The notes beneath the pieces are model-generated. The model had not been told where the DNA came from and searched no databases. It worked only from the letters and a program-made list of their open reading frames with translations. This document shows positions 9,014-18,000 of a stretch of 32,000 nucleotides of DNA, one piece after another. The DNA is taken from the NCBI RefSeq assembly GCF_000283555.1, contig NC_016012.1, positions 420,001-452,000 on the forward strand, given 5' to 3'. The DNA comes from Candidatus Arthromitus sp. SFB-rat-Yit (GTDB lineage Bacteria; Bacillota; Clostridia; Clostridiales; Clostridiaceae). The number at the start of each line of letters is the position of its first letter. Position 1 is the stretch's first letter. The position numbers and the translations under genes were made by a program.

Positions 9014-9611
9014 ATATTGTTATTATTGGTCTTATTTGCTTTCCTTCAAGAGCAAGAAACATGGTATCAATAATTTTTGAGTAATCCGCAACAAGAGAGT
9101 TTGGTTTTGATACAATATTATCTTGAATCATTGGAGCAAAATAAATATTTTTAGTATTTATAAGTGAAGATATATTTTTAAGCGTAATACCTAATGCGTC
9201 ATTTGATGATAATGCAATCACGAGAGGTTTATCTTGTCCTCTTAGAAAAGATTTGACTGCCATAGTAACCGGAGTGTCATTTATACCATTTGCAATTTTA
9301 CCTAGAGTGTTTGATGTGCATGGAGCAACCATAAATAAATCTAGAAAATTTTTAGGACCTATAGACTCAGATTCTTCGATACTTTTTAATATGGTATTTT
9401 TAGTTTTGTTTTTTAAAAATTTCATAGTTTCTTCTGGAATTGCAAATCTATTTTTGATCTTTTGAACGTTGAAGGAAACAATAGGATATATACAAGCACC
9501 CAATTCTATAAGTTTTTCCATTAGAGAAAAAGAATTTTTAAAAGTACAAAATGATCCCGTTATAGCATAACCGATTTTTAGACCGTTTAAATTTTTCATA
9601 AATAACCTCAT
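9012..9611 (-). CDS. spoVFB: Dipicolinate synthase subunit B-like flavoprotein (SpoVFB/DpaB family)
   Basis: Flavoprotein-family motifs in SpoVFB order and spacing: 'LKIGYAITGSFCTF', 'MVAPCTSNTLGKIANGINDTPVTMAVK', 'PLVIALSSNDALG', 'TKNIYFAPM.QDN..SKPNSLVA', 'GKQIRPII'. The length of 199 aa is typical. Confidence 0.7.
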   Translation of the reverse strand: MRLFMKNLNGLKIGYAITGSFCTFKNSFSLMEKLIELGACIYPIVSFNVQKIKNRFAIPEETMKFLKNKTKNTILKSIEESESIGPKNFLDLFMVAPCTSNTLGKIANGINDTPVTMAVKSFLRGQDKPLVIALSSNDALGITLKNISSLINTKNIYFAPMIQDNIVSKPNSLVADYSKIIDTMFLALEGKQIRPIITI

Positions 9612-9701
9612 AATACATTAATAAAAAAGAAAATTATATAATAAGAAAATATTCTCAAATGTATTAAAAGGTTACTGAGATAGGGGGTACTTTTGGATTG
9701 G

Positions 9702-10184
9702 TTAATTAATTTTTTTGTATATATTTATAAAGAACATATTATACTCTTTTTGATTGATAAGTTTAAAATTAGTTAGGTCTATATTTAATTTTACAGATTG
9801 GTTTACAGGATAGAGTTTAGTGTATTCATTTTTTATTATTGTTAGATGTATTTCGTCATAGAAAGGTGTAAAATGTTTATATATTTCATTTCCACCTATT
9901 ATAAAAATATCTTTTGATGTATTTAGTTTTAAAACATCATTTATATCATTAAAAACTATATAAGATTTGTTATCTGGGTTACATAAATTACGAGAAATAA
10001 TTATATTTTTCCTGTTCGATAGAGGTTTATTATCTAAACTATTGAAAGTTTTTCTACCCATAACTATTATATTACCAATAGTTTTTTCCTTAAATATTTT
10101 AAGGTCTTCTTTAATGCGGTAAATAAGTTCATTATTTATACCGAGTGAATTGTATTTATCAATGCATGCAATTAACTTGATCAT
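9702..10184 (-). CDS. folA: Dihydrofolate reductase
   Basis: 'LIACID...LG', 'DLKIFKEKTIGNIIVMGRKTFNSL', 'PLSNRKNIIISR', 'IFIIGGNEIY'. Its ATG lies 2 nt after the thyA stop, a coupled thyA-folA arrangement. Confidence 0.85.
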   Translation of the reverse strand: MIKLIACIDKYNSLGINNELIYRIKEDLKIFKEKTIGNIIVMGRKTFNSLDNKPLSNRKNIIISRNLCNPDNKSYIVFNDINDVLKLNTSKDIFIIGGNEIYKHFTPFYDEIHLTIIKNEYTKLYPVNQSVKLNIDLTNFKLINQKEYNMFFINIYKKIN

Positions 10185-10186
10185 AA

Positions 10187-11014
10187 TTAAATTCCTAACT
10201 CAAATTTTAATTGTGGTGATGTATACTCGTAGTTTTCTATTTCAAAGTCATCAATTGTGAAACTATAAAAATCAGTTTTATTTGTATTTAGTTTCAAAAT
10301 TGGTTGTTTGCCTATTTTTCTGTCAAGTAGTATGAGGGCTTGATTGATATGTCTTTCATAAATATGTACGTTATTAATAATACGAGTGAATTTTCCGGGT
10401 TTTAAATTACATGTTTTGGATATCATCATTTGAAGAGCCACATATTGTATTAAGTTTATTGAGGATGATACAAGAAAATCTGAGCTTCTTTGTACGAGCA
10501 TTGTATCTAAAAAATCTCCTCTTACAGAGAATAAAGTTTGAAAAGCACAAGGATTAAGTCCATCACTATCTTCAAAATCTTTTTCCTGCCATAAATTTAT
10601 AATATGACGTCTTCCATAAGGATCTTTTTTTATACCATCAATCAACTTGTTTATAAGATCATATCTTTTTACAGTTTCCCCATATCTTATACCGATTGTA
10701 TTTGGGTATTTAAGGCTTTCCCATTCATCCCACCAAAAGATGTTATATTTATTTCTGAGTAGATTTAGATCAGATGTTTGATCTTGATATATCCAAAAGA
10801 TTTCTTTTATAGCATTTTTGACTGGTATGTATCTCAATGTTATTATAGGAAATTCATTTTTTGATATATCGTAACTTTCCACGTAATGAGTTATAAATTT
10901 TGAATATGCGGGAGAACCATCTTTGTATTTTGGACGTGGATTTTTGTCAAATATTCCGTTATTTAATATGTTTTTAATGCAATTTTTATGGTTTATATCA
11001 GCAACACAAATCAT
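10187..11014 (-). CDS. thyA: Thymidylate synthase (ThyA, B. subtilis ThyA-like long type)
   Basis: 'GRRHIINLWQ', catalytic-Cys segment 'LNPCAFQTLFSV', 'LVQRSSDF', 'NLIQYVALQMMIS', 'NNVHIYERHI'. Confidence 0.9.
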   Translation of the reverse strand: MICVADINHKNCIKNILNNGIFDKNPRPKYKDGSPAYSKFITHYVESYDISKNEFPIITLRYIPVKNAIKEIFWIYQDQTSDLNLLRNKYNIFWWDEWESLKYPNTIGIRYGETVKRYDLINKLIDGIKKDPYGRRHIINLWQEKDFEDSDGLNPCAFQTLFSVRGDFLDTMLVQRSSDFLVSSSINLIQYVALQMMISKTCNLKPGKFTRIINNVHIYERHINQALILLDRKIGKQPILKLNTNKTDFYSFTIDDFEIENYEYTSPQLKFELGI

Positions 11015-11185
11015 TTTTTAAATCCTTATAATTAATAAATTAGTATTATTGAAATATAATATAGTATTTTTGGTAAATTTTCTATATAAAAGTTAAAATT
11101 AATGAATTAATGCAAGATTAGGGTAATATATTTAATTTTAATTTAAAAATTTTACACTTAGAATTACTTATTAAGAGGTGAGGGA

Positions 11186-12607
11186 ATGGATTGTTGTTTG
11201 GTTATAGATATTTCAAAAATAAATTTAAAAATAATGTGTATTATGCTTAAAAATGATAGAATATTTATGCAAGAAGTTCATAGATGTTCAAAAATAACAT
11301 CAAATATATTTAATTCTATGAAATATTTGAATGTAGATAAAATAATAAAGGAAATAAATGAAGCTTTAGTTAGTGTTAAACAGATAGGGTATAATGTTGA
11401 ATCAATTTCTATAAATTCTTCTATAAATGAACCTATTATTTTGGATGAAAATAATAATTTAGTAATGGAAATATATTTAGGTTTAAATATGAAATCTATT
11501 TATTTAAATAAGATAGTAAATGAATTAGGAAGTGCGTATATTTATAGAAAAACGGGAGTAGAACTTAATAGTAATGATACTTTGTGTAGACTTTTGATGT
11601 GTAAAGATATGCATAAAAATGAATTTAAAAATATCAGGAAAATTGTTTATTTAAGTGATTATATAGCTTATAGATTAACAGGCAATTTATTTAATGAGAG
11701 AAGTCAGCTTGGATTTTCACAATTATTTAATTTTAAAAATCAAAAGATTGATAGCGATATGATTGACTATATAGGTTTTGATAACGATTTAGAATTTAAT
11801 ATAGTAGATTATGGTAAAAGTATTGGTAATTGTAAAGTAAATGGAGTGGATGTAATATCTCCTTATGGTAATACGTTATTATCATCATTTTTTACTACTC
11901 ATATATTAAATAAAAATTCTATATTTATAATTAATTCTTATGAAGGGATTATTGGATGTACCGAAGATTTTTCTAAGATGTATCTTGAAGGTTCTAAATT
12001 TGGTTTAAATCATCAATTATTTAATAGTGATTTAGTGAAAATATTTAGATATATACCATGCTATAAATTGGTTGATGATTTTTTGAAGAATATAGAGAAC
12101 AATTTTATGATTGAGAATTTGTGGAATATTTTGGATAGTGATGAAGATATAAATTATATTATAGATTTTGATAGCGATATATTTAAAAATTCAGCGTTGT
12201 TAATGAATATTGTGAAATATTATTTTGATTTTAAGTTAAATGGTATGCCAAATTCTATTTCTGATTTTATAAGGATTGTTTATAATAGTTTTGCTGTATA
12301 TTATAAAAAGTGTATAAAAGATTTTGAAAAAATAACTGGTGGTATATTTGATAGTATATGTATGGTTGGAGATTATAGTTTAAATAGTTCTTATAATCAA
12401 TTTATATCTGATATTACGCTAAAAGATTTAAAAATCGGGCCTAAAGATTCAGGTATTATAGGAAATGCAATAAATCAGTTTCTTTCGACTGGTAAGATAA
12501 AAAATGTTTATGATGTTGATTATTTACTTGAAAATTCCTTTAATTATTCACAAATAAAGTATAGTGGGAAAAAAATTGATTATCAGTATTTAGAAAATAT
12601 AGTTTGA
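11186..12607 (+). CDS. FGGY carbohydrate-kinase family protein, rhamnulokinase-like, catalytic motifs degenerate
   Basis: Length and collinear blocks resemble RhaB-type kinases: 'IYRKTGVELNSNDTLCRLL', 'YLSDYIAYRLTGNLFNERSQLGFSQLFN', 'ICMVGDYSLNSSYNQFISDIT', 'GPKDSGIIGNAINQF'. RBS GAGGTGAGGG precedes ATG 11186. Confidence 0.55.
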   Translation: MDCCLVIDISKINLKIMCIMLKNDRIFMQEVHRCSKITSNIFNSMKYLNVDKIIKEINEALVSVKQIGYNVESISINSSINEPIILDENNNLVMEIYLGLNMKSIYLNKIVNELGSAYIYRKTGVELNSNDTLCRLLMCKDMHKNEFKNIRKIVYLSDYIAYRLTGNLFNERSQLGFSQLFNFKNQKIDSDMIDYIGFDNDLEFNIVDYGKSIGNCKVNGVDVISPYGNTLLSSFFTTHILNKNSIFIINSYEGIIGCTEDFSKMYLEGSKFGLNHQLFNSDLVKIFRYIPCYKLVDDFLKNIENNFMIENLWNILDSDEDINYIIDFDSDIFKNSALLMNIVKYYFDFKLNGMPNSISDFIRIVYNSFAVYYKKCIKDFEKITGGIFDSICMVGDYSLNSSYNQFISDITLKDLKIGPKDSGIIGNAINQFLSTGKIKNVYDVDYLLENSFNYSQIKYSGKKIDYQYLENIV

Positions 12608-12615
12608 TTTTTTTT

Positions 12616-12652
12616 AAATAGCTACTTTTTTATAAAGGTAGCTATTTTATTG
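12616..12652 (+). terminator. Intrinsic terminator after the FGGY-like gene
   Basis: AAATAGCTAC (12616-12625) pairs with GTAGCTATTT (12638-12647), followed by TATTGTTT. The ORF-track TTG 12650 sits in this tail. Confidence 0.7.
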
Positions 12653-12721
12653 TTTAAATATAGATTTATTACAATTATCTATGATATAATAAAGGATAAT
12701 TTTAGTTTGGGGGATATCTTA

Positions 12722-13717
12722 ATGAAAAAATATGTAACACTCGTTCCAGGATCAAGTCATCACATATATAAGATAGGACTAGGAACATATGATATTTTAA
12801 AAAGTGGGTTGTCAGAGGAAAAACTTGAAGAGTTATTGACAGATTTTTTAGATATGGGAGGAAATGTAATAGATACTTCAGTATCTGAATTAGGATTAAG
12901 AATAAATGAAATAGAGGAATCACAAAAGTTTGTCGGTAGATGGATTAGCAATTGTGGTAGACGTAAAACTATTTATCTGATTTCTAAAAGTTCTTTTCTT
13001 TTAAAAAGTAATACTTTTGATTCTTTGTTAAATGATGTGAATATTAGTTTAAAAAATTTAAATACTAATTATTTAGATTTACTTTTAATTGATGGTGACG
13101 ATCAACACACAGATGTATCTTTGATACTTGAATATTTGGAAAAAATTAAAAAAGATGGTAAGATACTAAGTTATGGATGTTCTAATTGGAAGCCTTATAG
13201 AATTAGACAAGCTATGGAATATGCAAATAAAAATAATATTGAAGGTTTTGTAGTTAATCAAATGTTATGGAATGTAGGTGTTTGCGGAATGGACAACTCT
13301 AAAATAGATGACAAATATGTAAAGATGGATTCAGAAATGATGGACATACATAATGAATTTAATATATTGGCAATGCCATATTCTGCACTAGCAGGTGGTT
13401 TTTTTGCAAAACTCTATTTAAATGAAATGGAACCACAAACTGTTGATATGGAAGGACTTAAATTAAATTCACCATATTATACTGAAAAAAATTTGAACTT
13501 ATATGAAGAACTTAAAGTTATAGGAGAAAAATATATAGCATCGCCATCATGGGCTGCGCTCGGATATTTATTTAATCAAAGAATAGAGACATGTTCTATA
13601 ATATCAGTTAATAATTTAAATCAGTTAAAAGAGGCATTTGAAGCTATAGATATAAAATATAGTTTTGAAGATTTTAAAAATATAGATATATTTAATAATG
13701 AAGAAATTTTAGTTTAA
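12722..13717 (+). CDS. Aldo/keto reductase family protein (atypical active-site residues)
   Basis: AKR blocks: 'IGLGTY', 'GGNVIDTS', 'VGRWI', 'IYLISK', 'YLDLLLID', 'GCSNW'. GGGGGA RBS precedes ATG 12722. Confidence 0.6.
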   Translation: MKKYVTLVPGSSHHIYKIGLGTYDILKSGLSEEKLEELLTDFLDMGGNVIDTSVSELGLRINEIEESQKFVGRWISNCGRRKTIYLISKSSFLLKSNTFDSLLNDVNISLKNLNTNYLDLLLIDGDDQHTDVSLILEYLEKIKKDGKILSYGCSNWKPYRIRQAMEYANKNNIEGFVVNQMLWNVGVCGMDNSKIDDKYVKMDSEMMDIHNEFNILAMPYSALAGGFFAKLYLNEMEPQTVDMEGLKLNSPYYTEKNLNLYEELKVIGEKYIASPSWAALGYLFNQRIETCSIISVNNLNQLKEAFEAIDIKYSFEDFKNIDIFNNEEILV

Positions 13718-13784
13718 AATTTTAATATTTAGGTATGTTTATAATGATGGGAATTAGATATTATTAGATTTTGGAGGAAATATT

Positions 13785-14954
13785 TTGAAAGAATTTTGGG
13801 GAAATTTTAAGAGACATAGATTTTTTATTATTTTTATTATGGTTATCATGGTGGTTTTACTAAATAAGGCAATTGATTATGTGCCAGGTTTTTGGTATAG
13901 AATTACAGAAATTAGTTCGAAGATGTTTAATATATGTCAGCCAATAATTATTGCTGCTATTATGTCTTATATATTAAAACCATTAGTTAACTTATTAGAT
14001 AAAGTGTATTTCAAATTGTTTTACAAAGTTAAAAAAGATCAAAATCCAGTAGAGATTGTTTCAAAGAAACAATTTAGTAGAATAAGACTTTTAACTGTTG
14101 TAACAGTACTTTTAGTTCTAGGTTCTGCATTTGCTATACTTATAACATTTATATTAGAACCATTTTTAAAAAGTTTAAAATCTCTTATAATACAGTTGCC
14201 AGATTATCTTAATATTGTTTTAGAATTTTTAGGTAATTTTGAAATTGATCCAAATATTATAAATAATATAAATGAGAAGGTTGCCTATTTCTTAAATAAT
14301 AATCTTAAAAATGTTTTAGATATATCTATTTCTGCTGTGACATCATTAATTTCCAGTACCGGTACATTTATATTTAATTTTTTAGTGGCTGTAATTTTAT
14401 CTGTTTATATTTTAAGAGATAAGGAAAAAATAGCAAAATTTTTCTCAACATTATCAGATGTAATATTTAGAAATAAAATTAGTATGAAGATTAAAAATTT
14501 TGTATTAGATTTTGATCAGATATTTAGTGGATATTTTACAGGGGTTATTGTAGATGCAATATTTGTTGGAGTGTGTTCGTTTATTTTAACTTATATTATA
14601 AAAAATCCATATGCACTTATAATTGGAGTGCTTGCAGGTGTAAGTAATGTAATACCATACTTAGGTCCGCTAATCGGTGCTATAGGTGCTTTTGTTTTGG
14701 GATTGCCATCTGGATTTAGTACAGCTATAATTGGATTTTTATTGCTTATGGCATTTCAGCAAATTGAAGGTAATTTGATTCAACCTAAGATATTGGGGGA
14801 CTTTGTTGGATTGTCACCACTTGTTGTCATAGTATCTTTAATAGTAGGTGGAGGATTATTTGGAATTGCTGGGATAATATTGTCATCTCCTGTTGTAGGA
14901 ATAATTTCTCTTTATTATAAAAGATATTTGAAAAAGATAAATAAGGGAATTTAA
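13785..14954 (+). CDS. AI-2E family transporter (PerM/UPF0118)
   Basis: Polytopic protein with the family's C-terminal signature 'IPYLGPLIGAIGAFVLGL...QQIEGNLIQPKILGDFVGLSPLVVIVSL..GG.LFGIAGIILSSPV'. GGAGGA RBS precedes TTG 13785. Confidence 0.85.
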   Translation: MKEFWGNFKRHRFFIIFIMVIMVVLLNKAIDYVPGFWYRITEISSKMFNICQPIIIAAIMSYILKPLVNLLDKVYFKLFYKVKKDQNPVEIVSKKQFSRIRLLTVVTVLLVLGSAFAILITFILEPFLKSLKSLIIQLPDYLNIVLEFLGNFEIDPNIINNINEKVAYFLNNNLKNVLDISISAVTSLISSTGTFIFNFLVAVILSVYILRDKEKIAKFFSTLSDVIFRNKISMKIKNFVLDFDQIFSGYFTGVIVDAIFVGVCSFILTYIIKNPYALIIGVLAGVSNVIPYLGPLIGAIGAFVLGLPSGFSTAIIGFLLLMAFQQIEGNLIQPKILGDFVGLSPLVVIVSLIVGGGLFGIAGIILSSPVVGIISLYYKRYLKKINKGI

Positions 14955-14956
14955 CG

Positions 14957-14996
14957 AGGATGCGTTGATTTTATATCAATGCATCCTTTATTTATT
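14957..14996 (+). terminator. Intrinsic terminator after the AI-2E transporter gene
   Basis: 13-bp stem AGGATGCGTTGAT (14957-14969) / ATCAATGCATCCT (14975-14987) with one G-T pair and a 5-nt loop, followed by TTTATTTATTT. Confidence 0.8.
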
Positions 14997-15089
14997 TAAT
15001 TGAATAAATTAGTTAAATAATTTGATTGATTAGTATCAATAATAAATAGTGTAGTGATTAAATTTTTACATAGAGTTAAGGTGATATTT

Positions 15090-18000
15090 ATGAGTGATAG
15101 TTTGAAAAGATATCAAGATGTTTCTATTAATTTTAGTTTAGATAATAAGACAATATATTTAGATAACATTTATAATGAGGATTTTTTAGACTTATATGTT
15201 TTGAAAAGTTATAACGAAGATATTTATTCTAATTTTATTAATTTTATATTTTCAGATAGTATTGAGGTATTAAAGATTATTGAGGATCCTTTAACTTGGC
15301 AGAGTGATAAATTATTTAAAATTAAGGAAGAAGTAAATAAAATAAAAAAAGATAAGCTTAGTAAATTTGAGGAAAGCCATGATTTCCCAAATATAAAGGA
15401 TTATGAGATATTTTTGGATAATTTTTATAAAGGCAATGTAAGCAAAAATTTGGATTTAGTAAATATCCAATATAGCAATATGAATAACGTAAGTTTAAAT
15501 TTAGATAAGTTGTGTAAAGGTAATAAAAGAAGTGATTTGTATATAGGATATCCATTTATTGAAGGGTATATTGATAATGTAGGTTTTGTTCGTATGCCAT
15601 TTTTTCTTATACCTGTCGAAGTATTTAGTGAGAATAATGAGTGGTTTATCAGAAAAATGCTTAAAAGAAAGATAAAGATAAATAGGTATTTGATTATTAT
15701 ATTTCAAAGAATTCTTAAACGTAAAAATTTAGAAATTAAACTTGATTATGATTTCAATAGAGATTTTAAAAAAGATGTGTTAAAAGTATCATTAGATTTT
15801 TTAAAAAGTTTAGATATTGGATTTCATAATAATGATGTAATTTTAGACAATAAGTTTGATGAATTTTTGGGTATGATACGGAACTTAGGTAGTGATAAGT
15901 CTGATCTTGATATTAAAAATTATTTAGTTTTGGGTAGGTTTGATGTAATAGGAAATAAGTATGAGGATTATGAATCACTTATTTATACAGATATGTCTAA
16001 AACTCTTGTAGGAAGACTGATTTCTAATGATTGTGATAATAAAGATAATTATAAAGAAGATATATATAAAGAAATTTATGTTAAAGATAAATTGGATTTT
16101 GATCAAAAGAAGTCTATTTGTTTAAGTGATGATAGCTATATTACACTTATAAATTCAAATTTAGATATAGGAAAAGATACTACGGTAACTAATTTTATAT
16201 TTGATAAAATATGTAAAAATAAAAGTTTACTTGTAGTTTCTAAAAATAAGGAATATTTGAAAAAATTATACAATGAATTTTCTTCTACAAAACCTATTAT
16301 TATGGATTTATTTCAAAGCAATTTCTATCAAAAATTTTATAGGAGTTTTGATAGAATGCTTAATTTTAAAAAAAATTCAGATATAACTAGAGAATTTAAT
16401 GAAATTTTGGATGGTATTAATAAGAATTATCGTTTTATAGAAGATTCAAATGAAATTTATAATAAAATAGAAAATTTTGGTTTATCGCTTAAAGATATGT
16501 ATGAGTTAACAATGAATTTAGGTGATAATGATATCGATAAGGTATCGTTTTCTAAATTTAAATTAAATAATCCTGTTTCAGGTTGTACATTTGATGAAAT
16601 TATTGGTGCAATTGATAAAATTAAAGATGAGAATTTAATTGATATTTTTATATCGCATAAAGAGTATTTGAATAAACATAAAATTCTAAATTCTATAAGA
16701 GAAGATTTTAATTTTGATGATGTCAATTTATATTTAGGTAGATTAAAATCACTTAGAGAAAAATATGATAAGTTGTCCTTGGATATTGATCAAAATAAAT
16801 GTAGTGAGAGTGTAGTTGAATTATTTAAGGAAAATAGTTTTACAAAAAATGAGATTATAGATAAGTGTTTTAAATGTAATGAACATTATATTGAATCTGA
16901 TAAGTATGATAATTCTGATGTTTCAGAATTTTGGATTAAAAGTTTATGGTTTGGGAAAAACAATAAAAAAAGTACAGAAGTTAATAAGCGAGCTTTGATA
17001 GATACTGAAATGTATTATGAGGCTGTAAAAAAGATTGATTTTGATATAAGTTTTATTAAAGATATAGTAAAGCATGATAAATTTGAATTTATCAGGGAGA
17101 GGGTATTTAGTTTTAACGATATAACTTATTTTTTAGATAATTTAATAGAAATGATGGATAGTTTTCACGAATTTATAGAGTATAGTTATAAAATTAAAAA
17201 TTTTACCACACTTGTGAATGATATCTTGGAGTATGTATATAACAACTCAATTAGCGAGAAAATGATGAAAGATAATTTAGATAAAATTTTAAAATTTTCT
17301 ATATTTGTAAATATTTCAAGAAGACATAGTAAACACGGTGATGCACTTGAAAATTATAAAATGGTTGATAGATATTTTAACAATCTTATAGAATTATTTG
17401 ATAAAAGAGCGAGTGTATTAGAAAAATTCATACTAAATAATGTTATGAGTGAAGCGAAAGAGAGTTTAATTGGTACGGATGATAAAATAAACAAAAATGA
17501 TTTTTCGAATATTTCCAAATATTTAATTAAAGATTTTATAAATACTTTTAATAAAGAATGTTTAAAATTATTTCCATGCTTTTTAGTTGATTACGAAGAA
17601 GTATTTTCTAGAATACCTTTAATTGAAGGTTTATTTGACTATGTAGTTTTTGTAGATGGGCACAATTATTTTTTAGAGGAAATTATACCTATAGTATATA
17701 GAGGGAAAAAGATGGTTATATTTGGTAGCGATAACCAAATTGATTGTAGTAGTAGGAGTTATAATATAATATCTCGTGATGTTATAGAAGTTTCAAATAA
17801 TGTATTTAAATTTTTGGGTGATAAATTTAATAGAGTAGATTTAAAATATACGTATACATCTGGTAATGAAATTTTTAGAGATATATCAAATTGTTTATTC
17901 AAAACAAAAGATATTATTTCGTTACCTAAGGATAGAAAATACTCATATATGGATAATCCGTTTATGATATTTACTATAGGCAATAAAGATATAGAAAATA

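Noticed and set aside
11015-11185. Divergent promoter pair between thyA and the FGGY-like gene
   Set aside because: Several TATAAT-like hexamers exist (e.g. TTGAAATATAATATAG), but none has a convincingly spaced -35. In this AT-rich spacer I cannot pick specific promoters with any confidence.
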